Below are positions 53,515 to 64,000 of a stretch of DNA of 64,000 nt, piece after piece. The stretch is from contig CAMAQA010000002.1 of assembly GCA_945860415.1 (NCBI GenBank), forward strand, positions 10,193 through 74,192, given 5' to 3'. The first letter of the stretch is position 1. Each line of letters begins with the position of its first letter. The position numbers and the translations under genes are program-made. Source of the DNA: Bacteriovorax stolpii. Its GTDB lineage: Bacteria; Bdellovibrionota; UBA1018. A model generated the notes under the pieces. The model made no database searches, was not told the origin of the DNA, and saw only the letters and a program-made list of their open reading frames with translations.

Positions 53515-54042
53515 TCAATCGGCCTTTCGGACAAGATCTCCGACCATGATCGCGCGTGGTGAGAAGGCGGGGGTCTTGTCCGAAGGCAGCATCTTTTCAA
53601 GTCGAGCAATCGCAACGCCCTGCTCGACGTGGATCACCTTGATGCTGCCAATGGGAAACACGATTTCCTTGTAGAGCTTTTCTCCGAGGAGGTCGTAGGT
53701 CGGCATCTTGCGACTGACTTCGAGCACCGTTCCCGGCTTGATGCCCTGGGATGACCCGACGTTGATGAAGTAATCCTTTTTGGGGGCTGGAGGGGGTTTC
53801 GCTTCGGATGACTCTGGGATCACTGGTGGCTCACCGAGGTCCACGCCCTGATACACGCTGTAGACCACGGCCTCGGCGGCTTTCGCCGAGGGCACCAGGA
53901 ACCACAAGCTGCTGATCAGGAGCCCGACGAGCACTGCGGACCCGACGAAGAATGCGGTGATCCAGAGGCTCCACTGCGCCACGTTCAGTGCGATGGCGAC
54001 ATTCTGGTTCTGCGAGGCGGTTTTTGGACGATCCATGTTCAT
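53515..54042 (-). CDS. membrane-anchored hypothetical protein
   Basis: One N-terminal TM helix, a Pro-rich linker and a small beta-rich domain. No known motif. Confidence 0.5.
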   Translation of the reverse strand: MNMDRPKTASQNQNVAIALNVAQWSLWITAFFVGSAVLVGLLISSLWFLVPSAKAAEAVVYSVYQGVDLGEPPVIPESSEAKPPPAPKKDYFINVGSSQGIKPGTVLEVSRKMPTYDLLGEKLYKEIVFPIGSIKVIHVEQGVAIARLEKMLPSDKTPAFSPRAIMVGDLVRKAD

Positions 54043-54135
54043 GACTTCCTCATGAGTCGTATCGGACGCAGGTGCCGGGTCCTAAAGCCCGTGGACGCAT
54101 TCTCCAGAAGTGGTTCCGCTTTCCGATAAGAAGGG

Positions 54136-55128
54136 GTGGTTGCTCATGCGCCTGCCGGAGGCTGGATTCCGGTTGCCATTGAGGATTTGAGAAAGCTCGC
54201 GCGCGAGCTTCCGCTGGACCTGTTCATCCAGCTCTCGGAGTCAAACTATTGTCACGTCTTCTCCAGGACGACCGGCCTGGATTACGGTCGGCTGGCCAAT
54301 TATCGCCAGAAGGGCGTGACCCACCTCCACGCACGCGAGTCGGACCGGGCGATCCTGGAACAGCACCTCAGGGAACATCAATTGGATCGACTCCTGGCGG
54401 ATTCTTCCGTCCGCCCCGAGCAGAAGGCCGGACTCATCCTGAACTGGACGGAACGAACGATCGCGGATGTCTTCATTTCCACCTCGTATGCTCCCGAGGC
54501 GATGGAGGACTCGCGCAGGCTCGTGCTTCAATATGTGGATCTCATGGCCCGCCAGCCCTACTCGCTGGCTGCGCTGCTGCGCTTGATCTCGCACGAGCAC
54601 TACCTGCACTTTCATTCAGTTGCAGTGGCCGTATTCAGCGCGATGCTGGCGCGGGCCTCCGGCAAGTACTCTACCGAAGATGTGGCGCTGATTTCCTGGG
54701 GGGGATTCCTGCACGATATCGGGGCGACGAGAATCGAAGGTGATTTTTACTGCGACCCGCTGGCTGCTGCCGAGGGCCCCGCGCGCGATCAACTGGACTC
54801 GCACTGCCGCCTTGGCCTGGAGATCATCCAGGAGAGTCGCTCGATTCCGAAAGAGGTGGGGTACATCGTGTACCAGCACCATGAATCGCCGAATGGCAGC
54901 GGAAGGCCGAATGGCACTCGGCGCGCCGGCATGCATGAACCGGGAATGCTCGTGGCCGTCGTGGATGCGTGGAGCTCATTGATCAGCAGCCATGGAGGAC
55001 GACAGGCCCTTGCTCCTCAGCAGGCGTTCGATGTCCTCGTGAAGGCAGCAGAGCAGGGGAGATTGGACGGAGATTCGGTGGAGCTGCTCCGGACGCTGAT
55101 ACCCCGTCAGCCCGGGCGTGCCGCCTAG
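54136..55128 (+). CDS. HD-GYP-type domain protein (GYP replaced by GRP)
   Basis: H…HD motif (HSVAVA…, GGFLHDIG) and HHESPNGSGRPNG in place of HHExxDGxGYP. GTG start. Confidence 0.7.
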   Translation: MVAHAPAGGWIPVAIEDLRKLARELPLDLFIQLSESNYCHVFSRTTGLDYGRLANYRQKGVTHLHARESDRAILEQHLREHQLDRLLADSSVRPEQKAGLILNWTERTIADVFISTSYAPEAMEDSRRLVLQYVDLMARQPYSLAALLRLISHEHYLHFHSVAVAVFSAMLARASGKYSTEDVALISWGGFLHDIGATRIEGDFYCDPLAAAEGPARDQLDSHCRLGLEIIQESRSIPKEVGYIVYQHHESPNGSGRPNGTRRAGMHEPGMLVAVVDAWSSLISSHGGRQALAPQQAFDVLVKAAEQGRLDGDSVELLRTLIPRQPGRAA

Positions 55129-56822
55129 AAGCCGGTGTAGTTTTTCCGAAGCTCGCGATCCACGCGGAGGTACTTCTCCGGATTTTCGACCGCAGGATGG
55201 ACATGGAATCCGAAAACCCACGGCTGCACGAGCGTCTGCCGCTCATGCCGTGGGCCCGGGCTCCAGACAGCGAGTTTATCAAGAAGTTGATGGAGCTCGC
55301 GCGCCTTTTGCCCGCGGCTTCGCTCCGGAGTCGATGCAGCCGCCTCGAGCGCACGAAAATCAGGAAGTCGCCGGGCTTCGTCCGGTTCTAGCCAGAACAC
55401 CGGCTCGAGAACGCTCCGCCAGCTCGGCACGTCCCAGTTCCATCCCAGGATCAGCACATCGGTTTCGCCTCGCCGGAATCGCTCGATTGCTGGAGCGCGA
55501 TCACTATTTTTCGCCTCAGGTGCGAAGCCTCCCCGCTCCAATCGCTCCTGCGCGAGCTCCAGCATTCGCTGACCCTGGTCATCCTGGCCCACGAGCTCCA
55601 CTCGGATCGGCGTTCGTGATGCGGTAGTGGCCTTCGCTGGCCTGGTCACTTGACGTGCACTCGTGGTTTTTCGAGACACCGGACCTGCATCGAGCCACTC
55701 CTCCAGCTGCGGAAGAAAAGGAAGATCGGCTCGAGGCAGCAACTGCTCGGAAAAGCCCGGAACCTCGGCCCAGAAATCACGCCCCAGCTCCGAGAGAATC
55801 CGTCGACGGACTTCGAGTTGCGGAAGGGTCTTGAGGTTCAGCAGGGCCACCGTGACCGTGGGGCGCAAGCCCCGCTCCAGTCGGATGCCCTTCGAGCTCC
55901 ACCTCGACTTGAGGAGCCAGGGTTTTTCGGGTTCGAGTGCCTCGGATGCAAACTCCGCATGCACGTCGATGAGATCCGCCCGGCCGTCCACGAACCTGCT
56001 CCACGCAGCTCGTTCATTTTCCATCCAGTCGACGCGGATTCCATCCACCTGCGGCAGGGGCTTCGATGCGTGTTGGAGATAGCCGAGGTCGCGATATTCG
56101 CTGGCAGCTTCGGTGGGATAAAACGAGTTGCTATAGCCTTCGCGCGCACGGAGCACGAGGCCAAATCCCGGATGCCAGTCGGTCAGGACAAACGGGCCGC
56201 TCGACGCCGGGGGCGCCTGGGTGGCAGAGAAGTGGTTCGTCGCCTGGAGCGGGGGCGCGAGGATTCCTCCTCCGAGGGCGATCGGAGCCGTAAAAGGAAG
56301 TGCCAGGACCTTTTCGAAATCCGGATCCGGCAGGTTGAGCTTGAGCACCAGGGTCTCGGCATCCCGGGCCTCAAAAGACCGGAGTCGCGAGAGGAAAGCT
56401 CGCTGTGGCGCGGAATCCTGCGGAAGCGAGGCGAGCGTCTCCCACGACGCGATGAAGTTCCTTGCCGTGATCGGCTCGCCACTGGAAAACGCGGCGCCCG
56501 ATTTGATCCGAATCGTGAGCGTCGTGCGCTGGGCATCCCAGCTGCCACGTTCGGCGGCAAGAACGGTTCTGAGTCTCGGAAACCGATCGAGGTAGGTCAG
56601 CTCAAAAAGCGTGTCATGCATCCACGTCAGCAGCGGACGATTGGCCGGAGTCGACCAGGTCCGGGCGTCCGGACTGGTGGGCCGTGTCGAGGTGGCGATC
56701 ACCAGATCCAGGCGCGGCCGCGCCGATGAAAATCCCCAGCTCGGGGTCGCACTCATCAGCGATGCTGCGAGGATCGCGGAGCTCGAGAGCAGGACGCAAG
56801 AACGGGGTCTCGATGCGGTCAT
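55125..56822 (-). CDS. ABC transporter substrate-binding protein, family 5 (peptide/nickel type)
   Basis: Signal peptide. Size and sequence pattern are typical of SBP_bac_5. No cognate permease in the window. Confidence 0.65.
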   Translation of the reverse strand: MTASRPRSCVLLSSSAILAASLMSATPSWGFSSARPRLDLVIATSTRPTSPDARTWSTPANRPLLTWMHDTLFELTYLDRFPRLRTVLAAERGSWDAQRTTLTIRIKSGAAFSSGEPITARNFIASWETLASLPQDSAPQRAFLSRLRSFEARDAETLVLKLNLPDPDFEKVLALPFTAPIALGGGILAPPLQATNHFSATQAPPASSGPFVLTDWHPGFGLVLRAREGYSNSFYPTEAASEYRDLGYLQHASKPLPQVDGIRVDWMENERAAWSRFVDGRADLIDVHAEFASEALEPEKPWLLKSRWSSKGIRLERGLRPTVTVALLNLKTLPQLEVRRRILSELGRDFWAEVPGFSEQLLPRADLPFLPQLEEWLDAGPVSRKTTSARQVTRPAKATTASRTPIRVELVGQDDQGQRMLELAQERLERGGFAPEAKNSDRAPAIERFRRGETDVLILGWNWDVPSWRSVLEPVFWLEPDEARRLPDFRALEAAASTPERSRGQKARELHQLLDKLAVWSPGPRHERQTLVQPWVFGFHVHPAVENPEKYLRVDRELRKNYTGF

Positions 56823-56878
56823 GCCAGAAGTGTATCTGCACCGCTGGCGCTTCGCCAGCGTGGGCGAAGCCGTAGGGC

Positions 56879-59593
<2,715 letters not shown>

Positions 59594-59740
59594 ATCGAAT
59601 GCATAGCTGGCACGAGGGGGGGAGGGCAAGTGTTCGAAATCGGGAACCTTTCCGGGGTCACCAGCACGGGCCGGGGCGGCAGAAATTACCGGTTTCGCGT
59701 CAATAGGGCAGGAGTAGACTCATGGGGTGAGGACTAGTCC

Positions 59741-60709
59741 ATGAAACTCTTTGGTTCATTGCGTTCCCGAGGTTTTCGAGTCGGAATGGCCGCTTCCGGC
59801 GCTGCAGTGGCTGCAGTTTTGGCGATCTCCTGCTCTTCGCAGGGAATGATCGACGAAAATCTGGAACTCGAGGACTCCGGGCCTGCCACCGTGGGCCAGG
59901 AGTCGACACCCGATGCGGACGCGGTTCCTGCGCCGAAAGTCGCCAGGCCCCGAAAGCCACGCGCAGCGGCAGCCGGTCGAGTCGCGGATGTTCCGCAGAT
60001 GGCCATCGAGCGAAACGGCGCCGTGCTGAACGCTTTCTACTTCGTGCGCGGCGAGGGCAGCTGGGTGGATCTCGCCCAGCGCATCTATCGAGATCCGATT
60101 CGAGCCGAGGATCTGAAGGCGTGGAATCCAGGCGTCAAGATCGCCACCGGTTCGGTCGTCTTCTATCGTTCTCCGACACGCCCGAGCGATGATCTGGCGA
60201 TGAAGCCCTTCCATGAGGACTTCGGCGTTCCGGCCGATTCTTATACCTTCCAGGACGGCGACACCGTCGAAAAGGTTGCTGAAGCGAAGCTGGGGTCAAA
60301 AGATTCCTGGCGTGAAATCCAGATCGCCAATCGCGACATCTCGGATTTCGCCAAGGTATCGTCAGGCACCGTCATCGCCATTCCGCCTGCGGAAGTGAAC
60401 AATGGCCAGATTCTCGAACAGCTTGCCCAGAGCCAGCTCGAAGGTCAGCGGCAAAATCGACAGGCCGCGGATGCCGAGAGGGCTGCTGAAGTGGCGCGGC
60501 AAAATCCTGCTGATCTGGGTCAGGCCAACGTTGCAGGAACGACGGGCAGCGAAGACGGGGTCTCGCAGCGAGGCCCCGCTTCAGAGGAAGGTCCGGCTGG
60601 ACGCCTGATGGCCGCCATGCAGGGGCTTCCGGTTCCGCCCCAGGTGCTTGCGGGCGCGCTGGCCATTCTGATCGGCGGAGCCTTTCTGCTCCGTCGTCGC
60701 GCCGAATAA
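59741..60709 (+). CDS. lipoprotein with two LysM-like repeats and a C-terminal TM segment
   Basis: Lipobox LAISC. LysM-like segments (YFVRGEGSWVDLAQRIY…, YTFQDGDTVEKVAEAKLG…) judged by eye. Confidence 0.55.
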   Translation: MKLFGSLRSRGFRVGMAASGAAVAAVLAISCSSQGMIDENLELEDSGPATVGQESTPDADAVPAPKVARPRKPRAAAAGRVADVPQMAIERNGAVLNAFYFVRGEGSWVDLAQRIYRDPIRAEDLKAWNPGVKIATGSVVFYRSPTRPSDDLAMKPFHEDFGVPADSYTFQDGDTVEKVAEAKLGSKDSWREIQIANRDISDFAKVSSGTVIAIPPAEVNNGQILEQLAQSQLEGQRQNRQAADAERAAEVARQNPADLGQANVAGTTGSEDGVSQRGPASEEGPAGRLMAAMQGLPVPPQVLAGALAILIGGAFLLRRRAE

Positions 60710-60713
60710 AAAA

Positions 60714-60745
60714 AGCGCCAGCCCGGATGATTCCGGACCGGCGCT
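60714..60745 (-). terminator. hairpin terminator for the minus-strand lipoprotein gene
   Basis: AGCGCCAGCCCGGA-tgat-TCCGGACCGGCGCT, a 14-nt stem with 2 mismatches. The plus-strand A-run at about 60704-60714 supplies a U-tract for the minus-strand transcript. Confidence 0.55.
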
Positions 60746-60772
60746 CGAAGGATTCCTGAGGTTGAACCGAGA

Positions 60773-61288
60773 TCAGTTGATCCGGATCACGTCGATCTCC
60801 AGCTTCGTGCAGATGTTGCCCTGAAGCGTGTTGACGGGCTGGAGCGCTCCGGACAGCGAGTTGCCATCAAAGCGAAGCGTGCCCTGGTAATCGCCGAGGC
60901 AGACTGCGGTTCCATCGAAGCTCAAGTAGGACATCTGCGACGTTCCCATGAAATTCGATCCTGAGTTCATGAGCGGGCTCACGGAGTTCGAGTTGGTTTT
61001 CGTCAGATAAATTTTCTGGATTTCATTTCCGTTGATGACTCCACGGAAAGTGCCCGTGGTCGCCGCCGTCGCCCCTCGTCCTGCCGACCAGGTGCCGGTC
61101 ACGCGCTGGTTGTCCTGTTCCTGAATCGTCAGGATCAGCTGGCTCTGGCTGACCATGCCACTGGCCGTCGCATATTCGGTGCCTTCGTACTGGCCCTGCC
61201 GCTGCATTCCGCATCCGGTGAGCATTCCCGCCAGGATGGCCATTGCGGCCGCTTTCTTTGCATTAAATTTCACATTGAACAGCTTCAT
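60773..61288 (-). CDS. lipoprotein, function unknown
   Basis: ATG 61288 gives MKLFNVKFNAKKAAAMAILAGMLTGC (lipobox). Confidence 0.55.
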   Translation of the reverse strand: MKLFNVKFNAKKAAAMAILAGMLTGCGMQRQGQYEGTEYATASGMVSQSQLILTIQEQDNQRVTGTWSAGRGATAATTGTFRGVINGNEIQKIYLTKTNSNSVSPLMNSGSNFMGTSQMSYLSFDGTAVCLGDYQGTLRFDGNSLSGALQPVNTLQGNICTKLEIDVIRIN

Positions 61289-61485
61289 CGTTTCACTCCT
61301 CTTTCTAATCCTTCTGTCCACGCACGGCGTGTACAGACCGAAGTATCGCAAGGGGTGTGCCGAGTTGGTGGGGTGGGTTAAGTCGTTGATTTGACTAAAT
61401 AACGGGGTTTTGCGCGAGGAAGCGCTACTGTCCAAAGTTTGGGCACCTGTACAGGTGAGGCGAGGGCGCTGCGTCTGGCGGAGGT

Positions 61486-61983
61486 TCAGCGGAGTCGGAC
61501 CGGAATGCCTGATTCGCCGCCGAGAAAGATCATGTAGCCGTCGATGTCATAGCGAGGCGTCGGATCCTTCTTTTCGTGCAGGTATTCTCGCTCGTTGCAG
61601 CTTTTCTCGAGGTACGGATTCTCGCCGGTGAATTTCCGGTCCCAGAGTTTCGAGATCAGCCTCGTCGCGGCGCCGGCCCCGACGCGATTGAGTTCGGCTT
61701 TTCGCCAGTCGGTAAGCGGCATGAGCAGAAGCGGCTTCACGGCTTCAGCGGCGAACGAAATGACGTTCGACTTCAGCTCGCAGTAGATGTTCAGCGAGCA
61801 TTCGATCAGCCCCTGTTCGCACTGGTCGGCATTCCTTCTCATGATCGCCGGAAATTCTGGAAAAGGGTATCCGGTACCTTTTGACGCTAGGGCTGTCAGG
61901 CTGGCTCTAAAACGCCAGATCGCAGGTGTTCCTTCGTTTGGAACACTCCGTTCCGCGGCGCCTTGTTCCCGAAGTCGCTTCAT
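61486..61983 (-). CDS. hypothetical protein
   Basis: 165-aa ORF. No motif recognised. Confidence 0.4.
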   Translation of the reverse strand: MKRLREQGAAERSVPNEGTPAIWRFRASLTALASKGTGYPFPEFPAIMRRNADQCEQGLIECSLNIYCELKSNVISFAAEAVKPLLLMPLTDWRKAELNRVGAGAATRLISKLWDRKFTGENPYLEKSCNEREYLHEKKDPTPRYDIDGYMIFLGGESGIPVRLR

Positions 61984-62026
61984 CCGATCCTGAGTTCGTC
62001 AGCACATTCAAACCAGGAGATGAACC

Positions 62027-62761
62027 ATGAGGCAGATTCGGACTCTCGGCAGGATTTCGGCAGACGCAGTAAAGCTCGCAGCAGCTCTGGCCCTTGCGCC
62101 GCTGCTGCTCGGATGCATCGAAACGGTCGGCTCCGACCAGGTTTCCGACGATGCGATTTACAGAACCTACCGGGTGACCTATTCGGAGGAATCCGGCCGG
62201 GTCCTCGCAAGCGCCTCGTTCAATGTCGGCGGGCCCCTCGGCACCAGCATTCGGCTTCAGTCGCCGAGCAGGATCCTGCTGAATGACCTTCAGCTCTCGG
62301 AGCGATCCTTTCTCGGAACGACGTACGAGGGTGATTGGGCGGTGCCCTTTTCGGCAGAGCCGTATCGCTGGACGTGGATCGATCGGCGAGGAGACGCCCA
62401 CTTCGAGCGCCTGTCGATCGTTCCGTTCGAGGTGCAGAGTCCGCCAGCATCCGTCAGTCCCGGGGCTTCGCTGACCATCACGATGACCGGGCAGTCTCTT
62501 TCGAGCGAGGACTCCTGGGGAGCCTGGATCACACAAGACCATGCCGATGGTTCGACACGCACCGAGAGTCTCGAGGCCCGGGTCCTCGATGGCCGCCGCC
62601 TGAGGCTCGATGCCAGCCAGGAAACCCGCCTCGAGGAAGGCGATGCTCAGCTCGTGATTCGGCGAACGCGATCTGCGGGGCTACAGCAGGGCCCCTCCCG
62701 CAGCGGCACCGTGTACGCCACCTTCGAGGCAACTCCCATTCGGCTCCGGATCACGCGCTGA
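62027..62761 (+). CDS. lipoprotein, function unknown
   Basis: Signal peptide plus lipobox (…APLLLGC). Confidence 0.5.
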   Translation: MRQIRTLGRISADAVKLAAALALAPLLLGCIETVGSDQVSDDAIYRTYRVTYSEESGRVLASASFNVGGPLGTSIRLQSPSRILLNDLQLSERSFLGTTYEGDWAVPFSAEPYRWTWIDRRGDAHFERLSIVPFEVQSPPASVSPGASLTITMTGQSLSSEDSWGAWITQDHADGSTRTESLEARVLDGRRLRLDASQETRLEEGDAQLVIRRTRSAGLQQGPSRSGTVYATFEATPIRLRITR

Positions 62762-62796
62762 GGACTTGACTCCTGCAATACTCACGGGAGATTTTC

Positions 62797-63603
62797 ATGG
62801 CCATGCAGGCTGAAGCCAGAACCAGCTCCGAACTCCTGCGCGAAGAGCTGTCGCGCAGGAGTCGGGCCAATCCCCGCTACTCGCTTCGAGCCTTCTCGAA
62901 GCTGATCGGGGTCAGTCCCGGTGCCCTGTCCGAGCTCCTCAATGGCAAGCGTCCGCTGTCGGTGAAGCAGGCCCATCAGATTGCCCAGCGCCTCGGGTGG
63001 TCGGACGCCGAACTCGAGCGGCTGGTTCGACTCTGTGTTCACGACCAGTCCTCGCGCCAGGGGTTGTCTTCTCCCGAATCCCCCGCAGCTTACGGCACGA
63101 AGAACCTGCCGGAGGATGTCTTTCGGGTCATCGCGGACTGGTACTGCCTGGCCATTCTTTCACTTGCCGAGATTCCTGGATTTCGAGCGGAGGCTCGCTG
63201 GATTGCCAAGCGCCTCAGGATTTCGCTGCATCAGTGCACGGAGGCTCTCGAGCGACTCGAGCGCGTCGGGCTTATGATTCGCGACGGAAATCAACTGAAG
63301 CCGTCACCTGAGTTTGTGATTGCGGGCTCGGAAGTGCCCTCGGAAGCGATCCGGGCCTACCATCGAAGCCTGCTCGAGATGGCCAGCAGTTCACTCGATA
63401 CCCAAAGTCCGCGCGAAAGAGACATTACGGGAATCTGCCTGGCTATCGACCCGCGGGACTTGGATGAGATTCGCCGCGAAGTCGAGGCCTTTCAGGACCG
63501 CGTGGTGCGTCGGTATTCGAAGCCCGGAAAAAAGAAGGAAGTCTATCAGCTCGAGTGCGCCCTGTTTCGGCTCACCGAACCCCTTCCGAAAGCAGGAGCC
63601 TAG
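62797..63603 (+). CDS. TIGR02147/DUF4423-type protein with an N-terminal HTH
   Basis: NPRYSLRAFSKLIGVSPGALSELLNGKRPLS is the characteristic N-terminus of this family, recalled from memory. Confidence 0.65.
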   Translation: MAMQAEARTSSELLREELSRRSRANPRYSLRAFSKLIGVSPGALSELLNGKRPLSVKQAHQIAQRLGWSDAELERLVRLCVHDQSSRQGLSSPESPAAYGTKNLPEDVFRVIADWYCLAILSLAEIPGFRAEARWIAKRLRISLHQCTEALERLERVGLMIRDGNQLKPSPEFVIAGSEVPSEAIRAYHRSLLEMASSSLDTQSPRERDITGICLAIDPRDLDEIRREVEAFQDRVVRRYSKPGKKKEVYQLECALFRLTEPLPKAGA

Positions 63604-63604
63604 A

Positions 63605-64000
63605 ATGAAGACCAGGAAAACGTGGATGGCCTGCAGGAGTCTGGCGCTCATCTTGTCGTACGCGGCTCTCTTCAGCCCGTTGGCAGAGGCTTCGCCCGCG
63701 CGCGTTGGCAACGGAGACGACGGTGCCGATCTCGAAAAGCTCTCGAAGCTCGAGTCTGGCCCCATTATGGATGCGAGGAACCGGGCGGTGGAACTCGTTC
63801 GGAAGCTCAACGCCGCCGGAGTTCCAGGACTCGGAATGCTCGAGCCTGAAATCTCGAAGAGTGAGCTCTTCGTGGCGTCGGAAGATATTCCGGCCCACCT
63901 CGAACAGGACCAGGGAGTATTTCACTCCTCGATGCAGGGCAAGGTGTTCGCGCGAACGCTTGCCGAGCCCCATGCTTCCACCCGGTTCTTTCCCGCAGCC
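63605..64000 (+). CDS. secreted hypothetical protein, 3' end outside window
   Basis: ATG 63605 lies 2 nt after the upstream stop. Signal peptide …LFSPLAEA. The frame is open to the window end. Not in the ORF track because there is no stop. Confidence 0.5.
   Translation, partial: MKTRKTWMACRSLALILSYAALFSPLAEASPARVGNGDDGADLEKLSKLESGPIMDARNRAVELVRKLNAAGVPGLGMLEPEISKSELFVASEDIPAHLEQDQGVFHSSMQGKVFARTLAEPHASTRFFPAA

Overview
GC-rich bacterial chromosomal segment. The gene content (a TIGR02147/DUF4423-type protein, many secreted hydrolases, FadL/OprP-type outer-membrane proteins) suggests a Bdellovibrionota-, Oligoflexia- or Myxococcota-like lineage, but this is a guess. The outer parts of the window (1-21 kb and 40.5-64 kb) are mostly housekeeping: lon, alaS, tsaD, rsmA, smpB, arfB, rpoZ, ssb, ilvA, otsB-like, pal/ybgF, fadD-like, and three tRNAs (Leu-TAG, Arg-TCT, Lys-CTT), plus secreted or envelope proteins. 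The centre (about 21.2-40.5 kb) looks like a very dense zinc-starvation (Zur-type) regulon island. A Fur-family regulator sits among seven promoter-proximal copies of a TGCAA-N5-TTGCA palindrome. The island carries four COG0523 (CobW/ZigA-like) genes, one of which has lost its GTPase motifs. It also carries six ribosomal-protein genes without zinc ribbons: L31 type B, L28, L32, L33, S18 and, unexpectedly, L24. Other members are two TonB-dependent receptors, a CbiM/N/QO-type ECF metal transporter that follows a 56-codon rpmG missing from the ORF track, a WD40 protein coupled to an insertion-bearing COG0523, a truncated CDF transporter with a small coupled ORF, and several orphan proteins. All regulatory and functional links are inferred from sequence and gene context only. 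No CRISPR array, IS element, integrase or prophage was seen. Several long ORFs antisense to real genes are GC artefacts.
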